64,000 bases of DNA from Methanobacteriota archaeon (GCA_020697715.1 JAEHCO010000003.1:128001-192000), one strand, 5' to 3'; numbered from the stretch's first letter, positions 27,881 through 38,853 are shown. Made by a program: numbers and translations. Notes: generated by a model from the sequence alone, not told the origin.

Positions 27881-28081
27881 TCATTCGGTCGATCCCATTG
27901 TTCTACGACCTCTGCCGCGTCCCCTTCCAGCTCCACGACCACGTCCACCGCCTCCACGGGCCATGCCCATCCTTCCTTCGGGGTTCGTGTATCCTGGTTC
28001 TTCTTTTCCAGCGCAGTATCCCATACCGCGCCCTGTCTTTGGTCCTTGACCTTCTGGCCCTGTTTTATCTCCTCTTGGTAT
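27881..28081 (-). CDS. DUF5320-family Gly/Arg-rich small protein with apparent ATA start (absent from the ORF track)
   Basis: GGAGGTGA-GAAG-ATA followed by PRGDKTGPEGQGPKTGRGMGYCAG...GRGRG, 66 codons to TGA. Typical neighbour of DUF134/NifX/Mrp genes. Confidence 0.8.
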   Translation of the reverse strand: MPRGDKTGPEGQGPKTGRGMGYCAGKEEPGYTNPEGRMGMARGGGGRGRGAGRGRGRGRRTMGSTE

Positions 28082-28101
28082 CTTCTCACCTCCTTTTTCT
28101 T

Positions 28102-28503
28102 TTATTTTTCTGCCTGGGTCGAATGCCTTCTTCCACGTCCCCTGCGACGATAAGGAAATTGGCTATCAATTTCCTTATCGTCCATCTCTCCCACAATGGA
28201 ATAGGAGCCGCCGGCTATCCTTATAGCACAGCCATTGACCAGTGCGAAGGCGACCTTTCGTCTCGCCTCCATCAGATCGTTCCAGAATGTCCTTCTGGAC
28301 ACGCCCATTTCCATCGAGGCCTCTTCTTGGGTAAGCCCCTCTATGTCTGTGAGTCTCAGTGCCTCTACCTCTACTATGGTCAGGACAATGGTTCTCATAT
28401 CATCGCGAGAAACTCCCACAGGATTGAAGAAGGTGGTCTCTGGCACATTACTGACCCATCTTGGGTTTCGTCCTCTACCTCGGCCACGTCCTCTTCCAGG
28501 CAT
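28102..28503 (-). CDS. DUF134 family putative DNA-binding protein
   Basis: FNPVG, EVEALRLTD.EGLTQEEAS..MGVSRRTF and ARRKVA.ALVNG; start ATG 28503. Confidence 0.9.
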   Translation of the reverse strand: MPGRGRGRGRGRNPRWVSNVPETTFFNPVGVSRDDMRTIVLTIVEVEALRLTDIEGLTQEEASMEMGVSRRTFWNDLMEARRKVAFALVNGCAIRIAGGSYSIVGEMDDKEIDSQFPYRRRGRGRRHSTQAEK

Positions 28504-28588
28504 AATATTACATATATGAGAAGAAATATATAAACTTTTTGGCATATTTGAGCAATTAAGCTTCAATTATGTAAGATATACACCCCAT

Positions 28589-31486
28589 CTATTTTTCTAG
28601 CTCATCAAGCACTTTCTGAACCTTATCAATATTTTTTTGGTCGCCCATTTTCTCATATTTTTCTTTGGACATATTTAAAAATTCAATAGACTGGATCTTA
28701 TCACCTTTCTTTTTCCACAAGAGGCCGAAATTATAGTAAAGGTCCGAGAGTTGATTGTGTTCGAGCTCTTCCATTATCTCTCTAGACATCTGTAGATTCT
28801 CTTCAGCTATATCCAGGTCATCCAGAGCCATGTATGCTGTGCCAAGATTGAGATAGCTCATACCCATGCCATCCTTGGTCTTGATCTCCTGAGAGACCTC
28901 CAAAGCGAGCTTTGCATTTTCCAGAGCATCATCTACCTTACCAGATATCAAATTCAACTCGCACAGGCCGTTATAACAGTATATGATGATATATTTGAAG
29001 TCATATTTCAAGCAGATGTCCTTTGCCTCGGTCGTTATCTCGATGGCACGCTCGAACTCTTCCTTTATGTAATAGGCCACATTCATATTGACAAGAGAAA
29101 TGGCCGCCCCTCTCATATCCCCTATTTGCTTCTCGATGCTCACACTCTGTTCGAGATAGGGAATTGCATTATCCGCCTCCCCTCTTCCAAGATAGACAGA
29201 TCCAATATTGGCGAGGGTATTTGCCTCCCCCATCTTATTTCCAAGTTTCTTCGCAACTTCAATTGCTATTTCATAATATTCAAGGGCTTCCTTGTATTCA
29301 CCCTTTCTGGCATACACATTTCCAATATTGTTCACGGTCGCTGATTCTCCAGATATATCATTTACTTCTCTTCGATGATCCAATGCCTTCTGTAGATTAT
29401 TCAATGCTCCATCATAGTCACCTTGATACAGAAGGGTCGATCCCAAGATATGATATATCCTGCCCATCTCCCATTTATTCTTCAGTTTGTCAGCTATATC
29501 CAGGCTCTTTTTGAGTATAGCCTTTGCCTCATCATAATCTCCCTTTCTCATTTCAATATTACCAAGGGTGGTGTACAGCTTCGTCTTTTCAATGCTGATA
29601 TTATCGGCCAGCAATGAAAGGCCGATATTACATTCTTCCTTCCCACTATCGAATTCGCTCTTCTTCTCGTACACATCGGCGATCTTCCTGTGGACATTCG
29701 CCCTGTGGCTGACATCATCGGATGATTCACTAACCGCTCTGTATATGCCGATGGAACCATCGAAATCCCCAGTGACGGAATAAAGGTCACCAAGCCTTTC
29801 TTGCAGATTTATACTCGGGGTGTAATCCCTCATGGTGCTAATGGCCAGTGCTTTTCTGTAGAACTCGATGGCCTGTTCAGGAGCGAATGTGCTCTCAGCT
29901 TTCTCTCCGGCCTTTATGCAATAATCCAAAGCCTTTCTGTGCTCATTGCTGTTCGCGAAATGCCTGGCAAGATCATACAATGCATCATCTATCCTGTTCT
30001 TGTAAGCTGTTTCATAATATTCTCCAATGCTTTTGTGATATGCAATTTTCCATCTGTCAGTCATGCTATTATATGTGACATTGTGGAAGATGGCGTGGGT
30101 GAATTCCGCCTTCTCATTGTCTATGATTATTATGCCAGAATTCTCAAGGCTGCTGAGTGCCATTCGAGGGTCAACGATGGAGGGCAGGGAGCATACGACA
30201 TCGCAACTGAATTCCTTTCCCATGCAGGAAGCGTATTCCGCAAGGGTCATGGCATCCAGGTCCAGGCTCTGAAGCCTTTGGTGAACCACCCCCTCGACCG
30301 AGCTGGGTATGTTGATGCTAACCCTTTCAAGAACATAAGTGCCATTTGATCCACTTATGTCCCCCTCCTCTTCCATATGCCAGAGTATCTCCTTCACAAA
30401 GAGGGGATTTCCCTCGCATTTTGATGAAAGGTCTTCATAAAATGTGGATGGGAAGGAATTGTCTGGATAGAGGTCATTCACAATAGCCGATATACCATCA
30501 CTGCCCAATCTGTCGAGCGCCAGTTCATGCAAAGTGCCCTCTTCCTTCATTATCTTGAGCTTCGCCTCTAGGGTTTCACTCTCCGCAGGCCTGGATGTTC
30601 CCACAATGAGGATATTTTCAAGTCCCACATTACGAGCCAGGTAATTGAGAACAAAGAGAGATGATTCATCCGCCCAGTGCAGATCCTCCAGGATAAGAAG
30701 TAATGATCTCTCCTGTGTCCGAGCCTGTAAGGATGCCAGCACCTCATCCGCGATCCTTATTCTCTCATCATCCAGGTTCATGTTCTCTATGTCCCGACGC
30801 ACCATGAACTTCGACTCGGCCAATAGCGTGATCTCGTCCTGGACTGGTTTCATCTCGCCCATGCTTCCCGACCAATCTTCAAATAACTGGCTGTCTGCCT
30901 CGATAGTATCGAGACAGTTCTTCAAGGACGCTCTCATCCCACTATGCTCCGAACCCTTGAAGACCGCGGTGAGAAATAGATGCTCTCCATGCTCGATCAA
31001 TATGGTCATGTCACCGTATTCCAGACGACCAAGCCCAGACATTTTACCGCCTGTATTGACGAACGAATCTCTTATGAACCCCTGTACCGCGGAAAGCATA
31101 CCTGCGAAAATATCCGCATCCATATCCCCTTCTCCTGAGGATGCCTGGCCAACTAATAATCCCGCACTATCTACTGCAAAGATCTCTGTGAATTTGATAT
31201 ATTCCTGGTCTTGGAATAGGGATGAATCATCCCCCAATGCCTTTGAGAATATTTGAAAAGGTATCAGAGAATCCTCGCTTGCCGAGCCAGAAAGTATATC
31301 CATATTCCCATTACTGGCAATGGAGATCAATTCCTCAATAAGCCTGGTCTTACCTATCCCAGCTTCTCCTGATATCAGAATAGTGCTTCCAGAACCTGTG
31401 GCCACATTATCCAAGCACTGCTGGAGCTGACCCATTTCATTGTCCCTTCCAAATAGCCCCCGGTCTAATATTGGATGATCTAACAT
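28589..31486 (-). CDS. STAND-like AAA ATPase with inserted longin/roadblock-like domain and C-terminal TPR array
   Basis: FGRDNE, GEAGIGKTRL, LILEDLHWAD, EGNPLF and many TPR repeats. Insert IFAGMLSAVQGFIRDSF...LEYGD lies between Walker A and Walker B. Confidence 0.8.
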   Translation of the reverse strand: MLDHPILDRGLFGRDNEMGQLQQCLDNVATGSGSTILISGEAGIGKTRLIEELISIASNGNMDILSGSASEDSLIPFQIFSKALGDDSSLFQDQEYIKFTEIFAVDSAGLLVGQASSGEGDMDADIFAGMLSAVQGFIRDSFVNTGGKMSGLGRLEYGDMTILIEHGEHLFLTAVFKGSEHSGMRASLKNCLDTIEADSQLFEDWSGSMGEMKPVQDEITLLAESKFMVRRDIENMNLDDERIRIADEVLASLQARTQERSLLLILEDLHWADESSLFVLNYLARNVGLENILIVGTSRPAESETLEAKLKIMKEEGTLHELALDRLGSDGISAIVNDLYPDNSFPSTFYEDLSSKCEGNPLFVKEILWHMEEEGDISGSNGTYVLERVSINIPSSVEGVVHQRLQSLDLDAMTLAEYASCMGKEFSCDVVCSLPSIVDPRMALSSLENSGIIIIDNEKAEFTHAIFHNVTYNSMTDRWKIAYHKSIGEYYETAYKNRIDDALYDLARHFANSNEHRKALDYCIKAGEKAESTFAPEQAIEFYRKALAISTMRDYTPSINLQERLGDLYSVTGDFDGSIGIYRAVSESSDDVSHRANVHRKIADVYEKKSEFDSGKEECNIGLSLLADNISIEKTKLYTTLGNIEMRKGDYDEAKAILKKSLDIADKLKNKWEMGRIYHILGSTLLYQGDYDGALNNLQKALDHRREVNDISGESATVNNIGNVYARKGEYKEALEYYEIAIEVAKKLGNKMGEANTLANIGSVYLGRGEADNAIPYLEQSVSIEKQIGDMRGAAISLVNMNVAYYIKEEFERAIEITTEAKDICLKYDFKYIIIYCYNGLCELNLISGKVDDALENAKLALEVSQEIKTKDGMGMSYLNLGTAYMALDDLDIAEENLQMSREIMEELEHNQLSDLYYNFGLLWKKKGDKIQSIEFLNMSKEKYEKMGDQKNIDKVQKVLDELEK

Positions 31487-31543
31487 AGGTTAACGTAATT
31501 GAAATTATACTTCATTAACGTTTGTACATTTCAAGTATCGTGC

Positions 31544-34500
31544 TTATTTTTCCTCGTCAATATCAGTTTCCTCGGTTGATGATTCCTCAGAGTCTTCTTC
31601 TTCCTCTTCTTCAAGGTCTTCCTCGTCCTCTGGTTCATCGTCTACTTCTTCATCCTCATCAGATTCTTCAGAGTCTTCCTCTTCGGTTGGTTCTTCTGGC
31701 TCTTCATCATCCTTCTTCTTGCGTCCAAAGATAAGGATCATTACCAAGACTATGACAACAACGAGAATGATCCACCAGTAGTCTGCCAGGAAATTATCTT
31801 CACTGTCTGCATCGTCATCATCGTCATCGGCTGGATCATCTCCAGTAGGCGTATCATCATCGACATCTGGAACTCCGTCTCCATCATCGTCTGTGTCAGT
31901 ATTGTCACCTACACCATCTCCATCAGTGTCTGTATCTTCGTCAGGATCATCCGGGAAATCATCAGCATTGTCACCTACACCATCCCCGTCTGTGTCTGTG
32001 TCCTCATCTGGGTCATTCGGGAAGTCATCCTCTGAGTCCGGCACGCCGTCTCCGTCCGTGTCAGTCTCCGTTGTTGTATTATCATCCGTGTCTGGTATTC
32101 CGCTTCCTACTGTGATATTGAAGAATATGGTATCAGATGCTCCTAAGTCATCTTCGGCAGAGAACTGTATTAAGAATGTACCATTTGCAGTTGGGGTCCC
32201 TATCAATGTACAAGCAGGATCCGTTATATTTGGAACCATGCCAAGCCAGGTATTATTTGTGTTCAATGTCCAGGAAATAGTATCATTCTCATCTATATCT
32301 ATTACACTGATCACAATGCTCCATTCTTCTCCTACTGCTCCATCAGGAACCGTGAAGGTCTCAATAACTGGCGCATCATTGACATTGGTGACTGTCACGG
32401 TCACAGTTGCATTCACAAGCAGACCGCTACCGTCTCCTATAGTGTATGTGAATGTATCCACACCATTGAAATCCGCATCTGGCACATATGTCACATTGAG
32501 GCCGGAATCGATTATCGCGACCGCGCCATTGATTGGTTGTGTCACTGCAGATATGGTCAATGTGTCTCCATCCAGGTCACTGTCATTATCCAGTACATCG
32601 ATAGTGGTCGCAGTGCTGTCCTCATCCACTGTGGCCGTGTCATTTACAGCCACAGGTGCTTGGTTTGGAGCGACAGCTTCTGGCTGAACAGTGACATTCA
32701 CGGTCGCTGTATCCGATCCTCCATTTCCATCAATTATGGTATATGTGAATGAATCCGTGCCGCTGAAGTCTGTGTCTGGTGTATAAGATACATTGCCAGT
32801 CTCGAGAATCACTGCACCGTTCGTACCCTGTGTCACTCCATCGATATTGAGGCTATCGCCATCTATATCTGTATCATTTGCCAGTACATCGATGTATATT
32901 ATTCCACCATTCTCAATGGCTATTGCTGTGTCATCAAAGGCCATAGGCACATCATTGACACTCGTGATGGTCATGCTGACAGTTGCAGTATCTGTCAGAC
33001 CTTCCATATCCTCTATTGTGTAAGTGAATGAATCCACGCCAAAGTAGTCTGCATTTGGTGTGTAGGACAGATCAGCTCCGCCATTGGTGATGGCAACTAC
33101 TCCGTTCGTACCCTGTGTTATGCCTATGATGGTTATGGCATCACCGGCATCTGGGTCATTGTCATTTGCCAATACATCGATAGTGTTCGCTCCACTGTCC
33201 TCCAGAATAGCCGCAGGTGCATCATTGACCGCGTTTGGAGCTTCATTATTGGCTGTCAGCTCGAAATCCTCATTTGGATAAAGTCCATTGTCTGTGGATG
33301 ATGCATTGACATCCACAGTGCAGTTCAGGACATCTTCCACAGCAGATATGACTGTCACGTTTATGCTCCAGTATTCCACTTGCCCAACTGTCATGTTGCC
33401 TATCTCCCATGACAGATTGCTCTGCCCCCAGAAGATCATAGTCTGATTGCTGGAGACATAAAGAACATCAGCTGGCAGGTGTATGGTGGCATTGACCATT
33501 GTGGCATCTACAGGGCCGTAATTTGTCACTGTCACATTGTAGAACAGGGTGTCGCCTACCATTACTGGATCCGCTGAATCCGTGATATTGATCCCCAGAT
33601 CTGCAGAAGGTGGTGGTGTCAGAGCCGCGAATGCCTGCAAGAATGGGTAAGTGTAATTCTCATGAATTCCCCATATCGATGTGAAGTCCCAGTTGGTGAA
33701 AGTGGCCTGCATCATCATCTCAGTTGTGTTATAGGGCGTGATGTCTGGAGCCGGTCCACCACCGATAACTCCAATTTCGATATCTGTACCGGATGTTTGA
33801 TTGTCGAAATAACAGTCACTTATACCTCCATTTCCACGATATCCGATGAATCCACCGACCTCTGGCATAGTTCCTGAGGCATTACCTGTGGAATAAGATG
33901 TGAAAACTCCATTATAGTTCTGGCCTATAAGACCTCCAACATTCTGTAGGCCGATCACATCACCTTGTGCATAGCAATCTGTCACAGAGCTACCCCATTT
34001 GTTACCGATCAAACCTCCGGCATTATCACCTGTGGCATTTACGTTTCCTGTAGCGAAGGATTGTGATATTTCGATATCTGAAAATCCGCATAGACCGCCT
34101 ACATCCGTCACTCCATAGACATTCCCGGTGGCATAGGAAAATGATATGGTGCCTGTCGTGGATCCTACGAGCCCACCATGCCCAGTTCCTCCACTTGATC
34201 CGACATTTCCGGTGCTGTAGGACATGCTCACGGCCCCAGTATTATCGCCAATTAAACCACCAACATTGTTGCCTGTTCCATTGACACTACCAGTACTGTA
34301 GCAGTTAGATACCGTGCCCCCATCATTATATCCTATGAGTCCACCAACATCAATTCCAGTTCCGCTGACACTACCTGTGCTGTGGCAATCCGTGATATCA
34401 CCATTGCTCCATCCTGCAAAGCCGCCTGCATAATCCGATGAGCCACTGACGGCTCCTGTGCTGGAACAATTGTCTATTGTTCCAGAAGAAGATCCTGTAA

Positions 34501-35809
34501 ATCCACCTGCATATTCCATCGAAGCATTGGCCATACCAATGCTGGTACTATGCGAGATGGTTCCGAGATTAGCACCTATGAAGCCGCCAACATGGATACG
34601 GCCGCTGGAATTGCCAATACTGTAGCAATCTATTATATCCCCATCACTTCGTCCTGCAAAAGCGCCAACATAGTCATCTGTTCCATAAGCATCTCCAGTG
34701 CTGTGGGACATGTTCACGGTTCCCGTGCTGTAGCCAATTAATCCACCCACATTGATAGATGTTCCACTGGCCATTCCATGTGCTGAGCAACCATATATGT
34801 CGGCATCGCACATTCCAATAAGTCCGCCAACATTAGATGTTCCATTGACGTTCCCATAAGCCGAACTGTTACTGACCGAGGAACCCAGATCTGCCTCTGC
34901 AACGAGCCCGCCTACGTTCGCTGTCCCGGTCGTGTATCCGCTTGTGGTGCAATTCTCAACCATTCCATTACTGGTCAGACCACCGACGAGCCCGCCAGTA
35001 TTTGCATTTCCGGTGACATCTGCGAAGGTTGTACAATTGACCACATCTCCATTGGTCTCTCCAACAAGACCTCCAATGTAATTAGTTCCATTAACACTGG
35101 CAATTGAATATGTGTTGAATATATCTCCACCAACAGAAACACCTACGGCACCACCAATTATGGTTGTTCCCGTAACACTTCCCGTTACTGTACAATTATC
35201 CACCACACCGTTGAGCATCCAGCCAACCAGTCCACCAGAGCGATCGGCTGTGGAGGTAATGATACCATTATAAGAGGAGTGTTTCAAGGTCCCTCCTCCC
35301 AAGTAACCGACTATACCTCCAACACGACTATAACCTGTGATATTACCATTGATATTGCAATTGACCACAGAGCCTCCTGAATTACCGAATAGGCTCTGGA
35401 ATCCGACATCTGGACGGTTAATGAAAAGCCCATTTATGGAATATCCTCTGCCATCTAAGGAGCCAGAGAACCATGGTCCTTGATGAGTGGTCTGTGTTGA
35501 ATTGTCCGTATCATAGGCGATCGGCACGAATCCCTCGAAAGAGGTGGTGGTCGCATTCCAGCCCCATGTCAGGGTCGCGGTCGCATCAATGTCATTGCCC
35601 AGTGCATAATGCGCCATGAGATCCATGTTCATGGCCTGGAGTTCTGTCACATTCTGAATTATGTATGGATCGCCAATAGTACCAGTACCTCCGGCAAAAG
35701 GACTTTCTCCAATTCCTGATATTTCTCCAGAAATTCCTGGGATAATAACGCTCAAAGATACTGTACTCATCAATATTGCTAATGCAATTGCGGTGATTTT
35801 TCCTCTCAT
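31544..35809 (-). CDS. Large cell-surface protein: GLUG repeats, DUF11, Ig/cadherin-like repeats, TSP3-like Ca-binding repeats, C-terminal TM anchor
   Basis: Signal peptide, many VGGL(I/V)G repeats, three IDVL.ND.D.D...YTP...G.DSFTY repeats, DTDGDGVGDN repeats and WWIILVVVIV followed by RKKK and an acidic tail. Confidence 0.85.
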   Translation of the reverse strand: MRGKITAIALAILMSTVSLSVIIPGISGEISGIGESPFAGGTGTIGDPYIIQNVTELQAMNMDLMAHYALGNDIDATATLTWGWNATTTSFEGFVPIAYDTDNSTQTTHQGPWFSGSLDGRGYSINGLFINRPDVGFQSLFGNSGGSVVNCNINGNITGYSRVGGIVGYLGGGTLKHSSYNGIITSTADRSGGLVGWMLNGVVDNCTVTGSVTGTTIIGGAVGVSVGGDIFNTYSIASVNGTNYIGGLVGETNGDVVNCTTFADVTGNANTGGLVGGLTSNGMVENCTTSGYTTGTANVGGLVAEADLGSSVSNSSAYGNVNGTSNVGGLIGMCDADIYGCSAHGMASGTSINVGGLIGYSTGTVNMSHSTGDAYGTDDYVGAFAGRSDGDIIDCYSIGNSSGRIHVGGFIGANLGTISHSTSIGMANASMEYAGGFTGSSSGTIDNCSSTGAVSGSSDYAGGFAGWSNGDITDCHSTGSVSGTGIDVGGLIGYNDGGTVSNCYSTGSVNGTGNNVGGLIGDNTGAVSMSYSTGNVGSSGGTGHGGLVGSTTGTISFSYATGNVYGVTDVGGLCGFSDIEISQSFATGNVNATGDNAGGLIGNKWGSSVTDCYAQGDVIGLQNVGGLIGQNYNGVFTSYSTGNASGTMPEVGGFIGYRGNGGISDCYFDNQTSGTDIEIGVIGGGPAPDITPYNTTEMMMQATFTNWDFTSIWGIHENYTYPFLQAFAALTPPPSADLGINITDSADPVMVGDTLFYNVTVTNYGPVDATMVNATIHLPADVLYVSSNQTMIFWGQSNLSWEIGNMTVGQVEYWSINVTVISAVEDVLNCTVDVNASSTDNGLYPNEDFELTANNEAPNAVNDAPAAILEDSGANTIDVLANDNDPDAGDAITIIGITQGTNGVVAITNGGADLSYTPNADYFGVDSFTYTIEDMEGLTDTATVSMTITSVNDVPMAFDDTAIAIENGGIIYIDVLANDTDIDGDSLNIDGVTQGTNGAVILETGNVSYTPDTDFSGTDSFTYTIIDGNGGSDTATVNVTVQPEAVAPNQAPVAVNDTATVDEDSTATTIDVLDNDSDLDGDTLTISAVTQPINGAVAIIDSGLNVTYVPDADFNGVDTFTYTIGDGSGLLVNATVTVTVTNVNDAPVIETFTVPDGAVGEEWSIVISVIDIDENDTISWTLNTNNTWLGMVPNITDPACTLIGTPTANGTFLIQFSAEDDLGASDTIFFNITVGSGIPDTDDNTTTETDTDGDGVPDSEDDFPNDPDEDTDTDGDGVGDNADDFPDDPDEDTDTDGDGVGDNTDTDDDGDGVPDVDDDTPTGDDPADDDDDDADSEDNFLADYWWIILVVVIVLVMILIFGRKKKDDEEPEEPTEEEDSEESDEDEEVDDEPEDEEDLEEEEEEDSEESSTEETDIDEEK

Positions 35810-35999
35810 ATCAAACACACTCTTGTCTGTATATCTACCAATTAGATAAAGAGAGGATATTTGTCATATATGATAAAGGTTATCTAAACAATGTTATAGT
35901 TGTACAATATAATTGAATTATCTTGTATTACCTTGTATTATCTCGATTTTGCCCTAAAGTTTATGATATGTAAATCATTGTCCGGGCTTGGAGATACAC

Positions 36000-37646
36000 A
36001 TGACCGAGTACAAGGCACCTAGAGGAACAGATATCACCTGCCAGAACTGGCGGATAGAAGCCATTTTGAGAACACTCCACAACAATCTGGAGAATGCCGA
36101 GAGGCCGGATGATCTTATCATCTATGGTGGAACAGGAAAAGCCGCCAGGAACCACGAAGCACTGGCTGCTATAGTCCGCTCACTCAGGGACCTAAAACCC
36201 GATGAGACCTTGCTTATACAATCCGGCAAGCCAGTCGGCATATTCCAAACCTTTGAGAACTCACCCCGAGTTCTGATAGCCAACTCCAATTTGGTTGGTA
36301 ATTGGTCCAATTGGGAGCATTTCAATGAGTTGGAAGCAAAGGGCCTGATGATGTATGGCCAGATGACAGCTGGCTCCTGGTGTTATATTGGAACTCAGGG
36401 CATAATTCAGGGAACTTATGAGACATTCGCCGCCCTCGCGGACAAGCATTATGATGGCTCTCTTGAAGGCAAGTTCTGTCTAACTGGCGGCATGGGCGGC
36501 ATGGGCGGAGCTCAACCTCTGTCCATCAAGATGGCTGGTGGTGTCGGCCTTGTCGTGGAAGTGGAGGAAAGCCGGATCAAGAGAAGGCTCGATGCAGGAT
36601 TCTGCGATGTCATGGTGGAGGATCTCAATGAGGCACTGGCCCTTATCGATCTGGCAAGGAAAGAAGGCAAAGCCACATCCATCGGCTTGCTGGGAAATGC
36701 CGCTGATATATTCCCCGAGATGGTCAAGCGGGGCATAGTGCCGGATGTCGTGACAGACCAGACATCCGCTCATGACGAATTGAATGGTTATGTGCCAAAG
36801 GGCTACTGGGGCGATAATTTGGCGGAAGCCGATGAACTGAGAAAGAACAACCCGGAGCAATACAAATCAGAATCCATGCAGTCGATGAAAGAGCATTGCA
36901 AGGCGATGGTGGACTTCCAGAAGATGGGGTCAGTTGTCTTCGATTACGGTAATAATCTCAGAGGCCAGGCGCAGAAAGCTGGACTCCAGGAGGCATTTGC
37001 ATATCCGGGCTTCGTGCTGGCATATGTGCGCCCATTGTTCTGCGAAGGTCGAGGACCATTCCGATGGCTCGCGCTCACTGGCGATCCGGAGGACATACTC
37101 AAGACTGATAGAGCGATAAAAGCCACTTTCCCAGATAATCAACTTCTCATGAATTGGATCGACCTGGCAGAGGAACACCTGCCATGGGAAGGCCTGCCGG
37201 CGAGAGTATGCTGGTTGGGATATGGAGAAAGAATGAAATTCGCGCTTATCATGAATAAAATGGTCCGAGATGGAGAGATCGGGCCAGTCGCGATCACCAG
37301 GGATCATCTGGACTCCGGTTCGGTCGCTTCCCCGAACCGCGAAACTGAAGGTATGAAGGACGGGACCGATGCAGTGGCTGACTGGCCATTGCTCAGCGCG
37401 CTGATAAACGCATCCGCGGGAGCCGATATGGTCGCGCTCCACAATGGAGGCGGAGTTGGAATTGGCCTCAGCCAGCATAGTGGGATGATAGTCGTTTGCG
37501 ACGGCACAGAGGACACGGACGAGCGCATAAAACGTGTATTCACGACAGATCCTGGCATGGGTGTCATCAGACACGCGGACGCGGGCTACGAGATCGCGAT
37601 AAGAACAGCCAAGGAAAAAGGCGTGAGAATTCCGATGCTGGAATAA
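36000..37646 (+). CDS. hutU: Urocanate hydratase
   Basis: [42 protein letters not shown] and [17 protein letters not shown]. Confidence 0.97.
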   Translation: MTEYKAPRGTDITCQNWRIEAILRTLHNNLENAERPDDLIIYGGTGKAARNHEALAAIVRSLRDLKPDETLLIQSGKPVGIFQTFENSPRVLIANSNLVGNWSNWEHFNELEAKGLMMYGQMTAGSWCYIGTQGIIQGTYETFAALADKHYDGSLEGKFCLTGGMGGMGGAQPLSIKMAGGVGLVVEVEESRIKRRLDAGFCDVMVEDLNEALALIDLARKEGKATSIGLLGNAADIFPEMVKRGIVPDVVTDQTSAHDELNGYVPKGYWGDNLAEADELRKNNPEQYKSESMQSMKEHCKAMVDFQKMGSVVFDYGNNLRGQAQKAGLQEAFAYPGFVLAYVRPLFCEGRGPFRWLALTGDPEDILKTDRAIKATFPDNQLLMNWIDLAEEHLPWEGLPARVCWLGYGERMKFALIMNKMVRDGEIGPVAITRDHLDSGSVASPNRETEGMKDGTDAVADWPLLSALINASAGADMVALHNGGGVGIGLSQHSGMIVVCDGTEDTDERIKRVFTTDPGMGVIRHADAGYEIAIRTAKEKGVRIPMLE

Positions 37647-37697
37647 GCATATTCTATGCATAATCATTCCAGCAGTATGTCAGTATTTTCCCAACGG

Positions 37698-37832
37698 CAT
37701 GCCCCGTCTGGATGATTCATAGATCATTCATCAGGGCGGGGTACTATATTCAATGAGGATTCAAGTGACAGTCACAGAGTGCTCTGATATTCGGAACCCC
37801 GTCAGGAGTTCAACGATGGACGGGGGGATCAA
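37698..37832. repeat. Structured intergenic element, family A, copy 2
   Basis: CATGCCCCG...CGGGGTACTATATTC, AGTGACAGTCAC and TATTCGGAACCCCGTC...GACGGGGGGATCAA. Confidence 0.75.
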
Positions 37833-37935
37833 TCTTTCTGAAGCCTCAAACCACGCCACCATCCGCTCCCACCCACACTGGGACAATGAACTTACCCACC
37901 CACGTTTGAGAGGATTGTAAGAATTATAACTACAA

Positions 37936-38853
37936 CTATTCCTCAGAATACCCTATCTTATACTCAGAAAAATCATCTGCCACAACCACATTGTCAAAGA
38001 CTGTTTTCGCATCAGCCAGCACGATATCACTGCTATCGTATCTTGGGCTGATGTGAGTTAAGATAAGCATCTTTACTTCGGCATCCCTGGCGATCTCCGC
38101 CGCCTGCTTCGCGGTCGAATGCCCGTATTCATTCGCCTTTTGCTCAAGGGTTGTATCGGCTGTCGCCTCGTGTATGAGGACATCCGCACCCTTCGCAAGC
38201 TCTTGGATGATATTACTGGGGCCAGTATCTCCACTGTACACCAGTTTGATCCCTTTTCTGGGGGGGCCGAGAACCATATCGGGAGTGAAGGTCTTGCCAT
38301 CATGCTCCACCTCCTTACCTTGCTGAAGCTGGCTGAATAATCTCCCCTCTGGAATACCAAGCTCCAAGGCCTTTGGCTTATTGAACTTCCCAGGTCTTTG
38401 ATGTTCTTCCAAGGAATAGGCCAGTGCGGGGATCGAGTGGTTTGCCTCAGCCACCCGGATACTGTATCCGTCATCCTCGAAGTTCAGTTCATCACCCGGA
38501 TAGACATCGTGTAGTTTGATCGCGTATTTCGATTCGAAATAACCCTGCTCCAGAATTGTCTGGACTGTCTTGATAGTCCCCTCGGGGCCATATACTTCCA
38601 AAGGCGAATCGCGATTGTTCAGGGACATGGACTGGATCAATCCCGGCAATCCGAGAAAATGATCTCCATGATAATGTGTGATGAATATGCGCTTTATCTG
38701 CATGAAAGAAACTGATGATATCATGAGCTGGCGTTGTGTCCCCTCGCCGCAATCAAAGAGAATTATTTCCTTACCTCTCTTGACTGCCAGTGCGGACACA
38801 TTGCGGTCTGGTGAAGGCCAACTTCCTCCGGTTCCGAGAAACACTATCTGCAT
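37936..38853 (-). CDS. rnz: Ribonuclease Z
   Basis: FLGTGG, FDCGEGTQRQ, THYHGDH, exosite GIPEG, YSGDT, HEAT and THISPRY. Confidence 0.96.
   Translation of the reverse strand: MQIVFLGTGGSWPSPDRNVSALAVKRGKEIILFDCGEGTQRQLMISSVSFMQIKRIFITHYHGDHFLGLPGLIQSMSLNNRDSPLEVYGPEGTIKTVQTILEQGYFESKYAIKLHDVYPGDELNFEDDGYSIRVAEANHSIPALAYSLEEHQRPGKFNKPKALELGIPEGRLFSQLQQGKEVEHDGKTFTPDMVLGPPRKGIKLVYSGDTGPSNIIQELAKGADVLIHEATADTTLEQKANEYGHSTAKQAAEIARDAEVKMLILTHISPRYDSSDIVLADAKTVFDNVVVADDFSEYKIGYSEE

Noticed and set aside
27856-28089. 77-aa ORF from the track (MRRYQEE...)
   Set aside because: It is a shifted frame that starts inside the Shine-Dalgarno. The overlapping frame encodes a recognisable DUF5320 protein.
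31893-32687. Long antisense ORFs in the track (this one and others such as 36930-37667)
   Set aside because: They are shadow frames of well-supported genes on the opposite strand, with no motifs or ribosome-binding sites.
37850-37905. CCCACCCAC motifs (also at about 44707)
   Set aside because: Short and low-complexity, with too few copies to distinguish from chance.
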